A stretch of DNA of 32,000 nt from Acaryochloris marina S15 (GCF_018336915.1 NZ_CP064923.1:2250001-2282000), one strand, 5' to 3'; positions 18,488 through 28,302 are shown, counted from the stretch's first letter. Translations and numbers: made by a program. The notes: generated from the sequence alone by a model not told the origin.

Positions 18488-19669
18488 ATGCGCGTAATCT
18501 TAATGACTGGCAAAGGTGGGGTTGGCAAAACCTCCGTTGCTGCTGCTACCGGACTCCGCTGTGCCGAGCTGGGTTACAAGACCCTCGTTCTTAGTACTGA
18601 CCCTGCCCATTCCTTGGCTGATAGCTTCGATATGGAACTGGGCCATGAAGCCGTGGAAGTCAAACCTAACCTGTGGGGTGCTGAACTAGATGCCTTGCTC
18701 GAATTAGAAGGGAATTGGGGGGCTGTCAAACGCTACATTACCCAGGTGCTGCAGGCCAGAGGTCTTGACGGGGTTCAGGCTGAAGAACTGGCCATTCTTC
18801 CTGGCATGGATGAGATTTTTAGTTTGGTGCGGATGAAGCGTCACTATGATGAAGGCACCTATGATGTCTTGGTGATTGACTCTGCACCGACCGGAACAGC
18901 CCTGCGTCTCCTCAGCCTTCCTGAAGTGGGAGGGTGGTATATGCGCCGCTTCTACAAACCCTTCCAGCGGATGTCTGTGACCCTTAGGCCCTTGGTAGAA
19001 CCTTTTTTCAAGCCTATTGTGGGATTCTCGCTTCCAGATGAAGAAGTGATGGATGCACCCTACGAGTTCTATGAGCAAATTGAAGCCCTAGAGAAAGTAT
19101 TGACGAACAATACCCAAACGTCAGTTCGCCTGGTCACCAACCCAGAAAAAATGGTGATCAAAGAATCCTTAAGAGCCCATGCCTATTTGAGCCTGTACAA
19201 CGTCTCGACAGATATGGTAGTGGCCAATCGGATCATTCCTGACCATGTTTCCGACCCCTTCTTCATGCACTGGAAACAGAACCAAACTCAGTATCGCCAG
19301 GAAATTCACGATAACTTTCAGCCCTTACCCGTCAAAGAAGTCCCGCTCTTTCAAGAGGAAATGTGTGGGTTAGAAGCCCTAGAACGTCTGAAAGAAACCC
19401 TGTATGACCAAGAAGATCCGACTCAGGTCTATTACAAGGAAACGACCTTGAGGGTGGTTCAAGAGCAGGGGCAATATAGTCTTGAGGTGTATCTCCCAGG
19501 AATTCCCAAAAATCAGGTGGAATTGAGCAAAACGGCTGACGAGCTAAATATCAGAATTGGTAATCACCGCCGCAATCTTGTTCTTCCCCAGGCTCTTGCT
19601 GCAATGCAGCCTGCTGGAGCCAAGATGGAAGAAGATTACCTCAAAATTAAATTTGCTGCTGCGGCTTAG
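18488..19669 (+). CDS. ArsA/Get3(TRC40)-type P-loop ATPase with C-terminal HSP20-like domain
   Basis: Deviant Walker [10 protein letters not shown], the STDPAHSL signature, and DSAPTG. It has a single ATPase domain. The C-terminal segment resembles an alpha-crystallin domain ([38 protein letters not shown]). Confidence 0.88.
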   Translation: MRVILMTGKGGVGKTSVAAATGLRCAELGYKTLVLSTDPAHSLADSFDMELGHEAVEVKPNLWGAELDALLELEGNWGAVKRYITQVLQARGLDGVQAEELAILPGMDEIFSLVRMKRHYDEGTYDVLVIDSAPTGTALRLLSLPEVGGWYMRRFYKPFQRMSVTLRPLVEPFFKPIVGFSLPDEEVMDAPYEFYEQIEALEKVLTNNTQTSVRLVTNPEKMVIKESLRAHAYLSLYNVSTDMVVANRIIPDHVSDPFFMHWKQNQTQYRQEIHDNFQPLPVKEVPLFQEEMCGLEALERLKETLYDQEDPTQVYYKETTLRVVQEQGQYSLEVYLPGIPKNQVELSKTADELNIRIGNHRRNLVLPQALAAMQPAGAKMEEDYLKIKFAAAA

Positions 19670-19754
19670 CTGTTCGAGCCTGGACTACTCTATCAATCGC
19701 GCCCCCGCAATGTCATAAGATAGTTGAGCAGATTTTTTTGGCTCAGAACCCTTC

Positions 19755-20498
19755 ATGAATTCATTGCAAGATAAGGTCGCAATCGTTACGGGTGCCTCTC
19801 GAGGGATTGGACGGGCTACGGCTTTGGCCCTAGCGGGTGAAGGGGCAAAGGTTGTCATTAACTATGCCAACTCCAGTGGCGCGGCTGATGCTGTGGTGGC
19901 TGAAATTACAGGTAATGGAGGGGAAGCATTAGCCCTCCAGGCCAATGTGGCGGAAGCGGATCAGGTAGACACGCTGTTTAAGTCTGTGTTGGACAAATGG
20001 GGGCGTGCCGATGTGTTGGTGAATAATGCAGGCATTACCCGAGACACCTTGCTGCTGCGAATGAAGCCAGAAGATTGGCAGGCGGTCATTAATCTCAACC
20101 TTACAGGGGTCTATCTTTGTACCCGAGCGGTGAGCCGGGTGATGCTTAAACAGCGGTCCGGCCGAATTATTAATATTGCCTCTGTGGCGGGTCAAATGGG
20201 AAATCCCGGTCAGGCCAATTACAGCGCAGCCAAGGCGGGGGTCATTGGTTTTACGAAGACTGTGGCCAAGGAAATGGCTTCCCGGGGGGTAACGGTGAAT
20301 GCGGTAGCTCCTGGATTTATTGCAACGGATATGACTGAGGGGCTAGAGTCCGAAGAAATTCTCAAATTTATTCCCCTAGGTCGATATGGCCAGCCTGATG
20401 AAGTAGCAGGTATGATTCGGTTCTTAGCAGCTGACCCTGCTAGCGCCTACATTACGGGCCAGGTCTTCAATGTAGATGGTGGAATGGTGATGGCTTAG
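19755..20498 (+). CDS. fabG: 3-oxoacyl-[acyl-carrier-protein] reductase
   Basis: SDR motifs TGASRGIG and NNAG, the YSAAK catalytic Tyr/Lys, the C-terminal GQVFNVDGGMVM, and 247 aa. Confidence 0.92.
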   Translation: MNSLQDKVAIVTGASRGIGRATALALAGEGAKVVINYANSSGAADAVVAEITGNGGEALALQANVAEADQVDTLFKSVLDKWGRADVLVNNAGITRDTLLLRMKPEDWQAVINLNLTGVYLCTRAVSRVMLKQRSGRIINIASVAGQMGNPGQANYSAAKAGVIGFTKTVAKEMASRGVTVNAVAPGFIATDMTEGLESEEILKFIPLGRYGQPDEVAGMIRFLAADPASAYITGQVFNVDGGMVMA

Positions 20499-20713
20499 GC
20501 GATTTTCCTATGGGTGGGGATAGGATAGCTGTGACATCCCCCTTTATTGTGTAGTATTTTAAAGTGTTCTTAATGAAGTTGGGCTTGTTATCAAGTCAGC
20601 TTGAGGGTATTTTTTGCCTGGGGCACGCTTGTTAGGATCGTTTAATAGTTTTTTGAACTATTAATTAAGACAACAAGACTGAAATTGTTTAACGTTTGAC
20701 TAGGTACCTGCGA

Positions 20714-21691
20714 ATGGCTGTTTCCGATCGCAAACTCCAACTGCTTGATTTTGAAAAACCCTTAGCTGAGTTAGAGGATCGAATTGAGCAGATCCGTAGC
20801 CTCTCTGAGCAGAATGGGGTGGATGTCACGGATCAAATTACCCAGCTAGAAGGTCGGGCTGACCAGCTTCGCCAAGAAATTTTTAGTAGCTTAACCCCGA
20901 TGCAAGAGCTGCAGCTGGCTCGGCATCCTCGGCGCCCTAGTACATTGGACTATATCCATGCCATCAGTGATGAATGGATGGAATTACACGGCGATCGCCG
21001 GGGGTATGACGATCCCGCGATTGTGGGGGGTGTGGGTCGGATTGGTGGCCAGCCTGTGTTGATGTTGGGCCATCAGAAGGGACGTGACACGAAGGATAAT
21101 GTGGCCCGCAATTTTGGGATGCCTTTTCCGAGTGGGTATCGGAAAGCCATGCGGTTAATGGATCATGCCGATCGATTTGGCTTGCCTATCATTTCTTTTA
21201 TTGATACCCCTGCGGCTTGGGCGGGGTTAGAAGCTGAACAGTTTGGTCAAGGTGAAGCGATTGCCCTCAACCTCCGGGAAATGTTCCGTTTGGATGTGCC
21301 CATTATCTGTACGGTAATTGGGGAAGGTGGTTCTGGGGGCGCCTTGGGAATTGGTGTAGGTGATCGGCTACTGATGTTTGAACATTCGATCTATAGTGTG
21401 GCGCCACCAGAAGCTTGTGCGGCGATTCTTTGGCGCGATGCCCAGGAAGGCCCCCAAGCGGCTGAAGCCCTCAAAATCACAGCAACGGACTTGCAAGAAT
21501 TGGGGATAATTGACCAAATTTTAACTGAGCCTCCTGGAGGAGCCCATGTTGACCCCGTTAAGGCTGCAGATATCATTAAAACTGCAGTTTTAAGTAATTT
21601 AGAAGAGTTATGGCGTCTGAGTCCCCAAGAACGCCGCCAACAGCGTTATCATAAGTTTCGGAATATGGGGATTTTCTCTCAGGTTCCTTGA
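20714..21691 (+). CDS. accA: acetyl-CoA carboxylase carboxyltransferase subunit alpha
   Basis: [11 protein letters not shown]..., [12 protein letters not shown], and [23 protein letters not shown]. The ORF opens at TTG 20696, and ATG 20714 is the likely start. Confidence 0.93.
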   Translation: MAVSDRKLQLLDFEKPLAELEDRIEQIRSLSEQNGVDVTDQITQLEGRADQLRQEIFSSLTPMQELQLARHPRRPSTLDYIHAISDEWMELHGDRRGYDDPAIVGGVGRIGGQPVLMLGHQKGRDTKDNVARNFGMPFPSGYRKAMRLMDHADRFGLPIISFIDTPAAWAGLEAEQFGQGEAIALNLREMFRLDVPIICTVIGEGGSGGALGIGVGDRLLMFEHSIYSVAPPEACAAILWRDAQEGPQAAEALKITATDLQELGIIDQILTEPPGGAHVDPVKAADIIKTAVLSNLEELWRLSPQERRQQRYHKFRNMGIFSQVP

Positions 21692-21902
21692 GTATGCGCT
21701 CCATCTTGGACCAGTGGTATGATTACAAAGTCGCAACATTTGTTTACAATTAGCGTAAGCTTACGCGCAATGACTGCCTCTCATTTGCGCTGATAGCTTC
21801 AAGGAGTCTACATCCGTCTTTTAAAGTCCCTTGCCTGTTCAATTCGCAGAAGTGTTTGTGGTTGGGCAAGTTTTTACCGAGTATTGATTTTAGGTATTTT
21901 GC

Positions 21903-22628
21903 ATGACTGCTCAACGGAAACTGCGCGCTCTGATTACCGGAGCGAGCAGGGGTATTGGTCGGGCAACGGCCGAAGCATTTGCTGCGTCCAATATTGATTT
22001 GGTATTAGTCAGCCGTTCTCAAGCTCAACTGGATGAATTAGCTCAGACCCTCCAAAAACAGGGGGTTGAGGCCAAGGCTTTTGCTATTAACTTGTCTGAA
22101 GTTGGCCAGGTAAAGTCTCAGATGAGTCAGCTTTTGGATCAGGTTGGCCCCATCGATATTTTGATTAATAATGCTGGGATGGGTTATACCGGCGAACTGA
22201 TTGATATGCCTTTGGCCGATTGGCAAAGGGTGCTCGATCTGAATGTGACGAGTGTATTTGAATGTGTGCAGGCGGTGTTGCCAGGGATGCGATCGCAACA
22301 GCAAGGCACCATTATCAATGTCGTTTCCATTGCGGGGCAACAGGCGTTTCCTCAGTGGGGTGCTTATTGCGCCAGTAAGTTTGCCTTAATGGGTTTAACC
22401 AAATCTCTGGCCCAAGAAGAACGACCCCATGGAATTCGGGTGACGGCCGTTTGTCCGGGTTCAGTGAATACCCCTTTATGGGATACAGACACCGTGGATG
22501 CTGATTTTGACCGCACCGCTATGCTCAAACCAGAAAATGTGGCTCAATCAATTTTGCATATTGTGCAGATGCCTCAAAATGCAGTGATAGAGGAACTTGT
22601 CTTGATGCCGAATGCAGGGACCTTTTGA
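21903..22628 (+). CDS. short-chain dehydrogenase/reductase family oxidoreductase
   Basis: TGASRGIG, NNAG, and YCASK (Tyr/Lys catalytic pair). 241 aa. The substrate cannot be determined from sequence. Confidence 0.85.
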   Translation: MTAQRKLRALITGASRGIGRATAEAFAASNIDLVLVSRSQAQLDELAQTLQKQGVEAKAFAINLSEVGQVKSQMSQLLDQVGPIDILINNAGMGYTGELIDMPLADWQRVLDLNVTSVFECVQAVLPGMRSQQQGTIINVVSIAGQQAFPQWGAYCASKFALMGLTKSLAQEERPHGIRVTAVCPGSVNTPLWDTDTVDADFDRTAMLKPENVAQSILHIVQMPQNAVIEELVLMPNAGTF

Positions 22629-22685
22629 TCCTCCCTCGTATAACCCCCAACTTTTCTGCCAAATTTCATACAATTAATTGAAACA

Positions 22686-23384
22686 ATGACTACTTTGTCC
22701 TCTAAACCTTCTGATTCAGCTAACTCTTCTATGAACACAACTTCTAATAACTCTCAGCTTCGTCCAGATCGCAGCTTATCTCAACGGGCAAAGGAGAAAG
22801 AGACCCATCGTCAATCCAGCCAAGAAGAGATGATGGGAGCAGTAGAAACCATGCTGTTAGGGGTGGGTGAAGATCCAGAGCGGGAAGGCTTACTGAAAAC
22901 GCCGAAGCGAGTGGCTGAGGCCATGCGGTTTCTCACCAGTGGATATCAGCAGTCCTTAGAAGAGTTGGTGAACAATGCCATCTTTGATGAAGGCCATGAT
23001 GAGATGGTTTTGGTCCGGGATATTGATGCCTTTAGCTTGTGTGAGCATCATATGTTGCCTTTTATTGGCAAGGCCCATGTGGCATACATCCCTAATCAAA
23101 AGGTGATTGGTCTAAGTAAGCTAGCTCGCATTGTGGAAATGTATTCTCGCCGCTTGCAGGTGCAAGAAAGACTAACTCGTCAGATTGCAGAAGCGGTGCA
23201 AACAGCTTTAGAACCCAAGGGTGTGGCCGTGGTAATGGAAGCAAGCCATATGTGTATGGTGATGCGTGGGGTGCAAAAACCAGGCTCTTGGACAGTGACT
23301 AGCTCCATGGTTGGAGTCTTTCAGGACGATCATAAAACTCGGGAAGAGTTTCTCAATCTGATTCGGCATCACCATAATTTCTAG
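22686..23384 (+). CDS. folE: GTP cyclohydrolase I
   Basis: [23 protein letters not shown], and RLQVQERLT motifs. It has an N-terminal Ser/Thr/Asn-rich extension of about 45 aa, so the true start may be internal. Confidence 0.92.
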   Translation: MTTLSSKPSDSANSSMNTTSNNSQLRPDRSLSQRAKEKETHRQSSQEEMMGAVETMLLGVGEDPEREGLLKTPKRVAEAMRFLTSGYQQSLEELVNNAIFDEGHDEMVLVRDIDAFSLCEHHMLPFIGKAHVAYIPNQKVIGLSKLARIVEMYSRRLQVQERLTRQIAEAVQTALEPKGVAVVMEASHMCMVMRGVQKPGSWTVTSSMVGVFQDDHKTREEFLNLIRHHHNF

Positions 23385-23497
23385 GTTGGGATGGTAGGAA
23401 CATGCAAGTCCGTCCCCTCTTCAGGGCATACTCAGGGTTGATACGCTTTTGATGAGGGGGGATTCCTCCGCTGTCGCTACTGTTGGAGTTATAGATC

Positions 23498-23953
23498 ATG
23501 GGCAACCGTCGGCTGAGAAAAATGGGTCGTAAAGTTGCGATCTCTTTTTTGATTGGGAGTCTTGCTACGTTCCTAGCTCCATCAGTAAGAGCTGAGAAAC
23601 CTGAGCATTTGCAAAGGATTAAACAAACTCGTAACTGCTTTAAATGTAATCTCAAGAAAGCAAACTTAGCTAACATCTCATTGAAAGGTGCTTTTCTACG
23701 AGAGACCAATCTGCAAGAGGCTAATCTTGAAGGGGCTGACCTGCGATTTGCTGTTCTTAGAAAGGTTAACCTCAAAAAAGCAAACTTAAAAAATGCCGAT
23801 TTGACCGGAGCTATTTTGCGAGATGTTAATTTAGATGATGCAATTCTAACGGGGGCCACCTTACCACCTAGATATCAGAGAAGATCCAAGTCAGATTCTA
23901 AGGTCCGTGTTCCAGAATTAATTATAGATATCTTAAAACAACAGCGCCGTTGA
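23498..23953 (+). CDS. secreted/lumenal pentapeptide-repeat protein
   Basis: Signal peptide (VAISFLIGSLATFLAPSVRA) followed by tandem A(D/N)LxX pentapeptides (ANLANISLKGAFLRETNLQEANLEGADLRFAVLRKVNLKKANLKNADLTGAILRDVNLDDAILTGATL). Confidence 0.88.
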   Translation: MGNRRLRKMGRKVAISFLIGSLATFLAPSVRAEKPEHLQRIKQTRNCFKCNLKKANLANISLKGAFLRETNLQEANLEGADLRFAVLRKVNLKKANLKNADLTGAILRDVNLDDAILTGATLPPRYQRRSKSDSKVRVPELIIDILKQQRR

Positions 23954-24188
23954 TATTAATTTTTTAGAGGTTAATATGACGAGCAAAACTTATTAGTGAA
24001 GCTAGATCCTCTACTCATCAGTCTTGCCAGTGCTAGCTTTTGGTCTGTAGATGGGCTCTTTCTTATTCTAGGATTAAGCAGTTAATCGATGAAAATTTGA
24101 GTAAAAAATTCTCTACTGAGGAATAAGAGGTTTAGCCTATGACCGAAAAGAGGGAGAGTTTCTATAATTGCTCTGGGCTGATTTTGAC

Positions 24189-25481
24189 TCAGTTGTCATC
24201 AGTGAATACACAATTGCCGCCATTATTCCTTGCTTGTTGAAGGTTGCGATCACCCGCTTCTATGAATGCCTCAATGCCAATATCAGATTTAGGCTGTATA
24301 GAGGTGAGGCCAATACTTAAGTTGATGGGAGGAGAACCCACTTCCTTTTGATCTACTTGCTTGGATAACTTTTGGGCAATCGATTCCGCTTGAGTGGAAG
24401 ACTGTTGGGGTAAAACGATGGCAAAGATGAAAGTGCCATAGCGGCACACTAGATCATGAGGGCCTTGTATGGCTTGCTTGATAGTTTGAGCTATTTCATA
24501 TAAGCACTGGTCTCCTTGTTGAGGATTGCCTCCAGAACCATAAAAGTTGAAATGGTTGAGTTGACAGAGCATCAATGTCAAAGGGCGTTGGCCTTGAATT
24601 GCTGCTTGCCAGGATGTAAGAAGATAGGCATCAAAGCGACGGCGATTGGCTACTTGGGTTAAATCATCCAAGGCAGCTAAGCGCTGCAATTCTAAATTTG
24701 CTTGGTGGAGTTGTGCATTTTGGGCTATGAGTGCCTGCTGTAGTTGTTGAATTTTAAGTTGATTCTGTACCCGAGCTAAGACCTCTACGACCTTGAAGGG
24801 TTTGGTGATGTAATCTATACCTCCCACTGAAAAGGCTTTAACCTTATCCCACGATTCATCCAAGGCGCTGACGAATATTACAGGAATCTCTTGGGTGGAT
24901 GGCTCGGCTTTTAATTTTTGACAGACAGTGTAGCCATCCATTTCCGGCATTTGGATATCTAAGAGGATCAACTGAGGTTGATCGAGAGACACGGCCTGGA
25001 GCGCAACATTGCCGTTGAGGGCTTGGAGAACGTCATAGCCCTGTTCTTCTAATACATCCGTGAGCAACCGTAAATTTTGGGGTTGGTCGTCAACGAGTAA
25101 GATTTTGACTTTTCCAGCTAGGTTAGTGGATTGTGGCTCAAGGGGAAGGGATGGGGGTGTTGGAGTAGTGGCAGAAGTATTGCTAGCTTGAGTTGTATTG
25201 CGCATTTCATGAGTTAGGATGATCCGCACATTAGATTTTGAAACTTTTTTGTCGAGGGCTTGGGACAGTAAATGCCAGAGTTTAGGGGCAACATCTTGTT
25301 TGACATATTTGGGGGAATAGCCACATTCATCTGCAAGCTGATCGTAGGTTTTGCGCTCTCCCTGCAGGGCAGTACTGAGGATGCGCCGTTGGAGCTCACT
25401 GCAATAGGTGTCGGTTTTTTGCAGGATTAAGTTCTCTGCGAATTCTAAGATGGGTTCACTGGAAGGATCGATGTCGCTCAT
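24189..25481 (-). CDS. response regulator: N-terminal HTH-like module, REC, coiled-coil linker, degenerate GGDEF domain
   Basis: N-terminal ~95 aa: LQRRILSTALQGERKTYDQLADECGYSPKYVKQDVAPKLWHLLSQALDKKVSKSNVR. REC: ILLVDDQPQNLRLL...LILLDIQMPEMDG...K. The GGDEF fold is present (DDLTQVANRRRFD), but GTFIF replaces GGDEF. It starts 17 nt after the kinase stop. Confidence 0.88.
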   Translation of the reverse strand: MSDIDPSSEPILEFAENLILQKTDTYCSELQRRILSTALQGERKTYDQLADECGYSPKYVKQDVAPKLWHLLSQALDKKVSKSNVRIILTHEMRNTTQASNTSATTPTPPSLPLEPQSTNLAGKVKILLVDDQPQNLRLLTDVLEEQGYDVLQALNGNVALQAVSLDQPQLILLDIQMPEMDGYTVCQKLKAEPSTQEIPVIFVSALDESWDKVKAFSVGGIDYITKPFKVVEVLARVQNQLKIQQLQQALIAQNAQLHQANLELQRLAALDDLTQVANRRRFDAYLLTSWQAAIQGQRPLTLMLCQLNHFNFYGSGGNPQQGDQCLYEIAQTIKQAIQGPHDLVCRYGTFIFAIVLPQQSSTQAESIAQKLSKQVDQKEVGSPPINLSIGLTSIQPKSDIGIEAFIEAGDRNLQQARNNGGNCVFTDDN

Positions 25482-25498
25482 GAAAACTACCTTTGGTG

Positions 25499-27892
25499 TT
25501 ATTCCTGCATCAATTGTGTGGTGACTTTAGTGATGTGAGCATATTCATAGTTCTCTGCTAGCTCAATTAAATATTGAGAAACGGCTTCATATTCTGAGGG
25601 AAGTTCGGATAATAGTTGAATCACCTGTTTCCCTTTTAGCCTGAGAGCAGCATGGTGGAGTTCATCTAACCAGTTGAAAGACATGGATCTTAAGGCTTGA
25701 TCAATGATCTCTGGGCTGATGGCTGCTGTGGGGAGTTCTTCTCGTTCAACCCTATCATTCAGCTGTTGGGATAAGGGAAGTGCATCGTCTGCAATATTTT
25801 GTGAATGAGGGGCACTGGCAGTATTAGCAATGGTGACTTGGGCTGTGAAGGTGAAGATGGTCCCTTGCCCCACTTGACTAGAGACTTTAATCTCTCCACC
25901 CATCAGTTGGACGAACTGCTGACTGATGGGTAAACCGAGTCCTGTTCCGGCTTTTGATTTCTCACCGCTTTCGGTCTGTTCAAAGGGAATAAATAATTTG
26001 TGCAGTTCTGAGGGGGCAATTCCTTCACCTGTATCTTCGATTTCAAACCTTAAAGTGATGCCTTTTGCTTTCGGGATGCTGCCAATGCGTAGGGAAATAT
26101 GTCCAGCATGGGTGAATTTGAGAGCATTGCTGAGCAAGTTGATTAGGACCTGTCGAAGCTTCTGGGCATCCCCGACTAGATGGAGAAATAGATCAGGGTC
26201 GGTTTCGACCTGAAACGCTAACCCTTTTTGTTCGGCTCGGAGCCGAAAGACACCCTCAACCGTCTCAATTAAGGTGCTGAGCTGGAAGGGGCCTTCTCGT
26301 AGTTCTTGTTTGCCCGACTCCAGTTTGGCGAGAGATAAAATATCGTTGATTAGACCTAATAAATGCTCGCCAGATTGGTTGATTAAGCGATTTCGCTTGT
26401 GGTTGGTTGTAGAGAGACTGCTGTCCTGGGCCATCATTTGGCTAAACCCCAGAATGGCATTGAGGGGAGTGCGTAATTCATGGCTCATTTTGGCGAGAAA
26501 TTTTCCTTTGGCACGACTGGCCATTTCGGCTGCTTCTTTGGCTTGGCTTAGCTCTACATTAGATTGTTGAAGTTCGGAGGTCCGTTGGGCGACCTGGATT
26601 TCTAGATCGGTTTTGGCTTGTTCTAGGATACGGAGGGTTTGTTGCTGGGCTTTGACTTTGGTTTGGATAAAGCGATCGTATTGGTAGAAGGCATCTAGGC
26701 CGAGGCTGATGACCAGAAAGCTGGCTAGGATGGGGACTAGGGGGAGCCACCATCCCCCCAGTAAAGCAAGGTGGCTGATGCCAGAGACCAGTAATGCGCA
26801 GAGTGCGATCGCAAGTATCGTATACCGAGGTGAACGAATGTAAGCGGCGACGATGATGCCCACCCATCCCCCACAAATAATGCAGAGGTATTCGACCCAA
26901 TCCGGCCAAGTATTGATTAGCGGTCGTTGATCTAAGGTTGCGCTCAGAATTTGGCTGATAGCATGGGCATGTAGCTCGATGCCATAGACCCAGTTTGCCT
27001 CAGGGGCGATTATAGAGGGAACGGCAGCCGGGAAATAGTCTTGATGACTAGAAGTGGTGATACCAATAATGACAATACGGTTTTTGACTAAATTAGGTGA
27101 AAATTTTTCTGATAGTATTTTTTTAAATGAAATTGTCTCAAATGCCTTGGGGTTGTTGCGGAAATTTAACAGCATTTGGGCATCTGCATTTCCCGTATTG
27201 GTGCGAATATAGCCTCCAAAATTAGGACGGATTCGGGGAATTTCTACAGACCTAAATCTCATGGCTATGGGATCTTGGATGCCATTATCTAAATGGATAT
27301 CTTGAGCAATTAAATATTTTTCAGCCAGTAGTAAGGCTAGGGAAAATCGGAAGCCTTTTTCTTGTGTTTGAGTTCCCAAAAATCCCCGACGCTGACTACC
27401 GTCTAGATCGATGGGGGCATCAGCAAATCCAATCCGTTCTATGGGTAAGCTGGGTGGTGGATTTACCCTTTCTGATTTGTTTTTATCAAGGACTTTATCT
27501 ATTCCGAATAGGTTATCCATATTCCGAAAGGCACTTGCCAACTTAGCCGAACCCGGTTCTACGGGGATATCTCGGAACAAGTCAAGTCCAATAGCTCTGG
27601 GTTGATGCTTCTGGAGGATGCTGAGAGATTGGGCGAGATACTGATCGGGAATGGGATAGCGGCCAATCGAGCGAATACTGTCCTCATCAATATTGACTAG
27701 CAGAATGCGCTTGTCTTGGGGTTCTGGTGGTTGATATTTCAGAAATAAATCTAAGACTTGCAGTTCCCAGGACTGAAAAGCGCCTGCCCATCGTCCGCCC
27801 AGAATTAGGCCCAGTATGAGTAAGCTGGGGAGTGCCACAAGTTTAAGTGGTGCTAATTGTTGGCGAAGTTTATGCCAAGTCTGAGACTTCAA
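25499..27892 (-). CDS. CHASE2-domain sensor histidine kinase with unassigned C-terminal extension
   Basis: N-terminal TM helix, then the CHASE2 pattern (ILLVNIDEDSIRSIGRYPIPDQYLA...AIGLDLFRD). Three or so TM helices and a coiled coil follow. HisKA: MSHELRTPLNAILGFSQM. HATPase_c: DTGEGI...GTGLGL. A tail of ~110 aa comes after the ATPase domain. The start is apparently TTG. Confidence 0.9.
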   Translation of the reverse strand: MKSQTWHKLRQQLAPLKLVALPSLLILGLILGGRWAGAFQSWELQVLDLFLKYQPPEPQDKRILLVNIDEDSIRSIGRYPIPDQYLAQSLSILQKHQPRAIGLDLFRDIPVEPGSAKLASAFRNMDNLFGIDKVLDKNKSERVNPPPSLPIERIGFADAPIDLDGSQRRGFLGTQTQEKGFRFSLALLLAEKYLIAQDIHLDNGIQDPIAMRFRSVEIPRIRPNFGGYIRTNTGNADAQMLLNFRNNPKAFETISFKKILSEKFSPNLVKNRIVIIGITTSSHQDYFPAAVPSIIAPEANWVYGIELHAHAISQILSATLDQRPLINTWPDWVEYLCIICGGWVGIIVAAYIRSPRYTILAIALCALLVSGISHLALLGGWWLPLVPILASFLVISLGLDAFYQYDRFIQTKVKAQQQTLRILEQAKTDLEIQVAQRTSELQQSNVELSQAKEAAEMASRAKGKFLAKMSHELRTPLNAILGFSQMMAQDSSLSTTNHKRNRLINQSGEHLLGLINDILSLAKLESGKQELREGPFQLSTLIETVEGVFRLRAEQKGLAFQVETDPDLFLHLVGDAQKLRQVLINLLSNALKFTHAGHISLRIGSIPKAKGITLRFEIEDTGEGIAPSELHKLFIPFEQTESGEKSKAGTGLGLPISQQFVQLMGGEIKVSSQVGQGTIFTFTAQVTIANTASAPHSQNIADDALPLSQQLNDRVEREELPTAAISPEIIDQALRSMSFNWLDELHHAALRLKGKQVIQLLSELPSEYEAVSQYLIELAENYEYAHITKVTTQLMQE

Positions 27893-27972
27893 TCCCTATC
27901 CCCTTAACCAGTGAGTAGTGTGATGTGAACCCATTCCCCCTGCAATCCTAAAATTCTTGTCTCAATTTTGTT

Positions 27973-28033
27973 CTGAAGAGCAACCTGAATTTTTGGGTCA
28001 TCAATGCCTGAACTTTTGCTGAAGTTTCCTGAT
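27973..28033. promoter_or_regulatory. phased CTGAA direct repeats in the divergent kinase/small-ORF promoter region
   Basis: CTGAA starts at 27973, 27985, 28008 and 28019, and CTGAT starts at 28029. Spacings are 12, 23, 11 and 10 bp. The repeats are centred in the 214-bp intergenic region. Confidence 0.4.
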
Positions 28034-28106
28034 GATAACGGGATTTTTTCTACCAGCAAGCTCAATTAAGGTAATTTCAATAACCTAAATACGGGGGAGA
28101 TCTGAT

Positions 28107-28289
28107 ATGCCGTCTGACTATAGATATGCAGAGCCGACATACTCTACATTGCCATCATTCACGACAATGGTGGTAGCTATAAAGGAGCGATTTAAGGAAT
28201 GGGTCCGTCGAGAAATTATTGATTTTGACCCCTATGACGATGAAGGGAAATTAATCGATTTTCCAGATGAATTGAGACCTGATAAATAA
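28107..28289 (+). CDS. small hypothetical protein (60 aa)
   Basis: ATG is preceded by GGGGAGA with 7-nt spacing. The C-terminus is acidic. No family recognised. Confidence 0.5.
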   Translation: MPSDYRYAEPTYSTLPSFTTMVVAIKERFKEWVRREIIDFDPYDDEGKLIDFPDELRPDK

Positions 28290-28302
28290 GGGAGGTATTA
28301 CT

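Noticed and set aside
18488-19669. Annotation of the ArsA-family ATPase as an arsenite-pump subunit
   Set aside because: It has a single ATPase domain, an HSP20-like tail, and no neighbouring ars genes. A Get3-like role is more consistent.
23353-23859. 168-aa minus-strand ORF antisense to the pentapeptide-repeat gene
   Set aside because: It is a shadow ORF created by the 15-nt periodic codon pattern of the pentapeptide repeats. Its product is low-complexity (R/L/A/F-rich). The plus-strand gene has a signal peptide and a clean repeat structure.
25499-25830. HPt (histidine phosphotransfer) domain in the kinase C-terminal tail, suggested by HHAALRLKG
   Set aside because: The resemblance rests on a short H..LKG-like string. 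The surrounding sequence does not show the four-helix HPt pattern clearly enough to call by eye.
25926-27605. ORFs 25926..26213, 26274..26570, 27364..27546, 27411..27605 (+) and 26559..26909 (-) within the CHASE2 kinase gene
   Set aside because: They overlap a continuous 797-aa ORF carrying CHASE2, HisKA and HATPase motifs, and nothing independent supports them.
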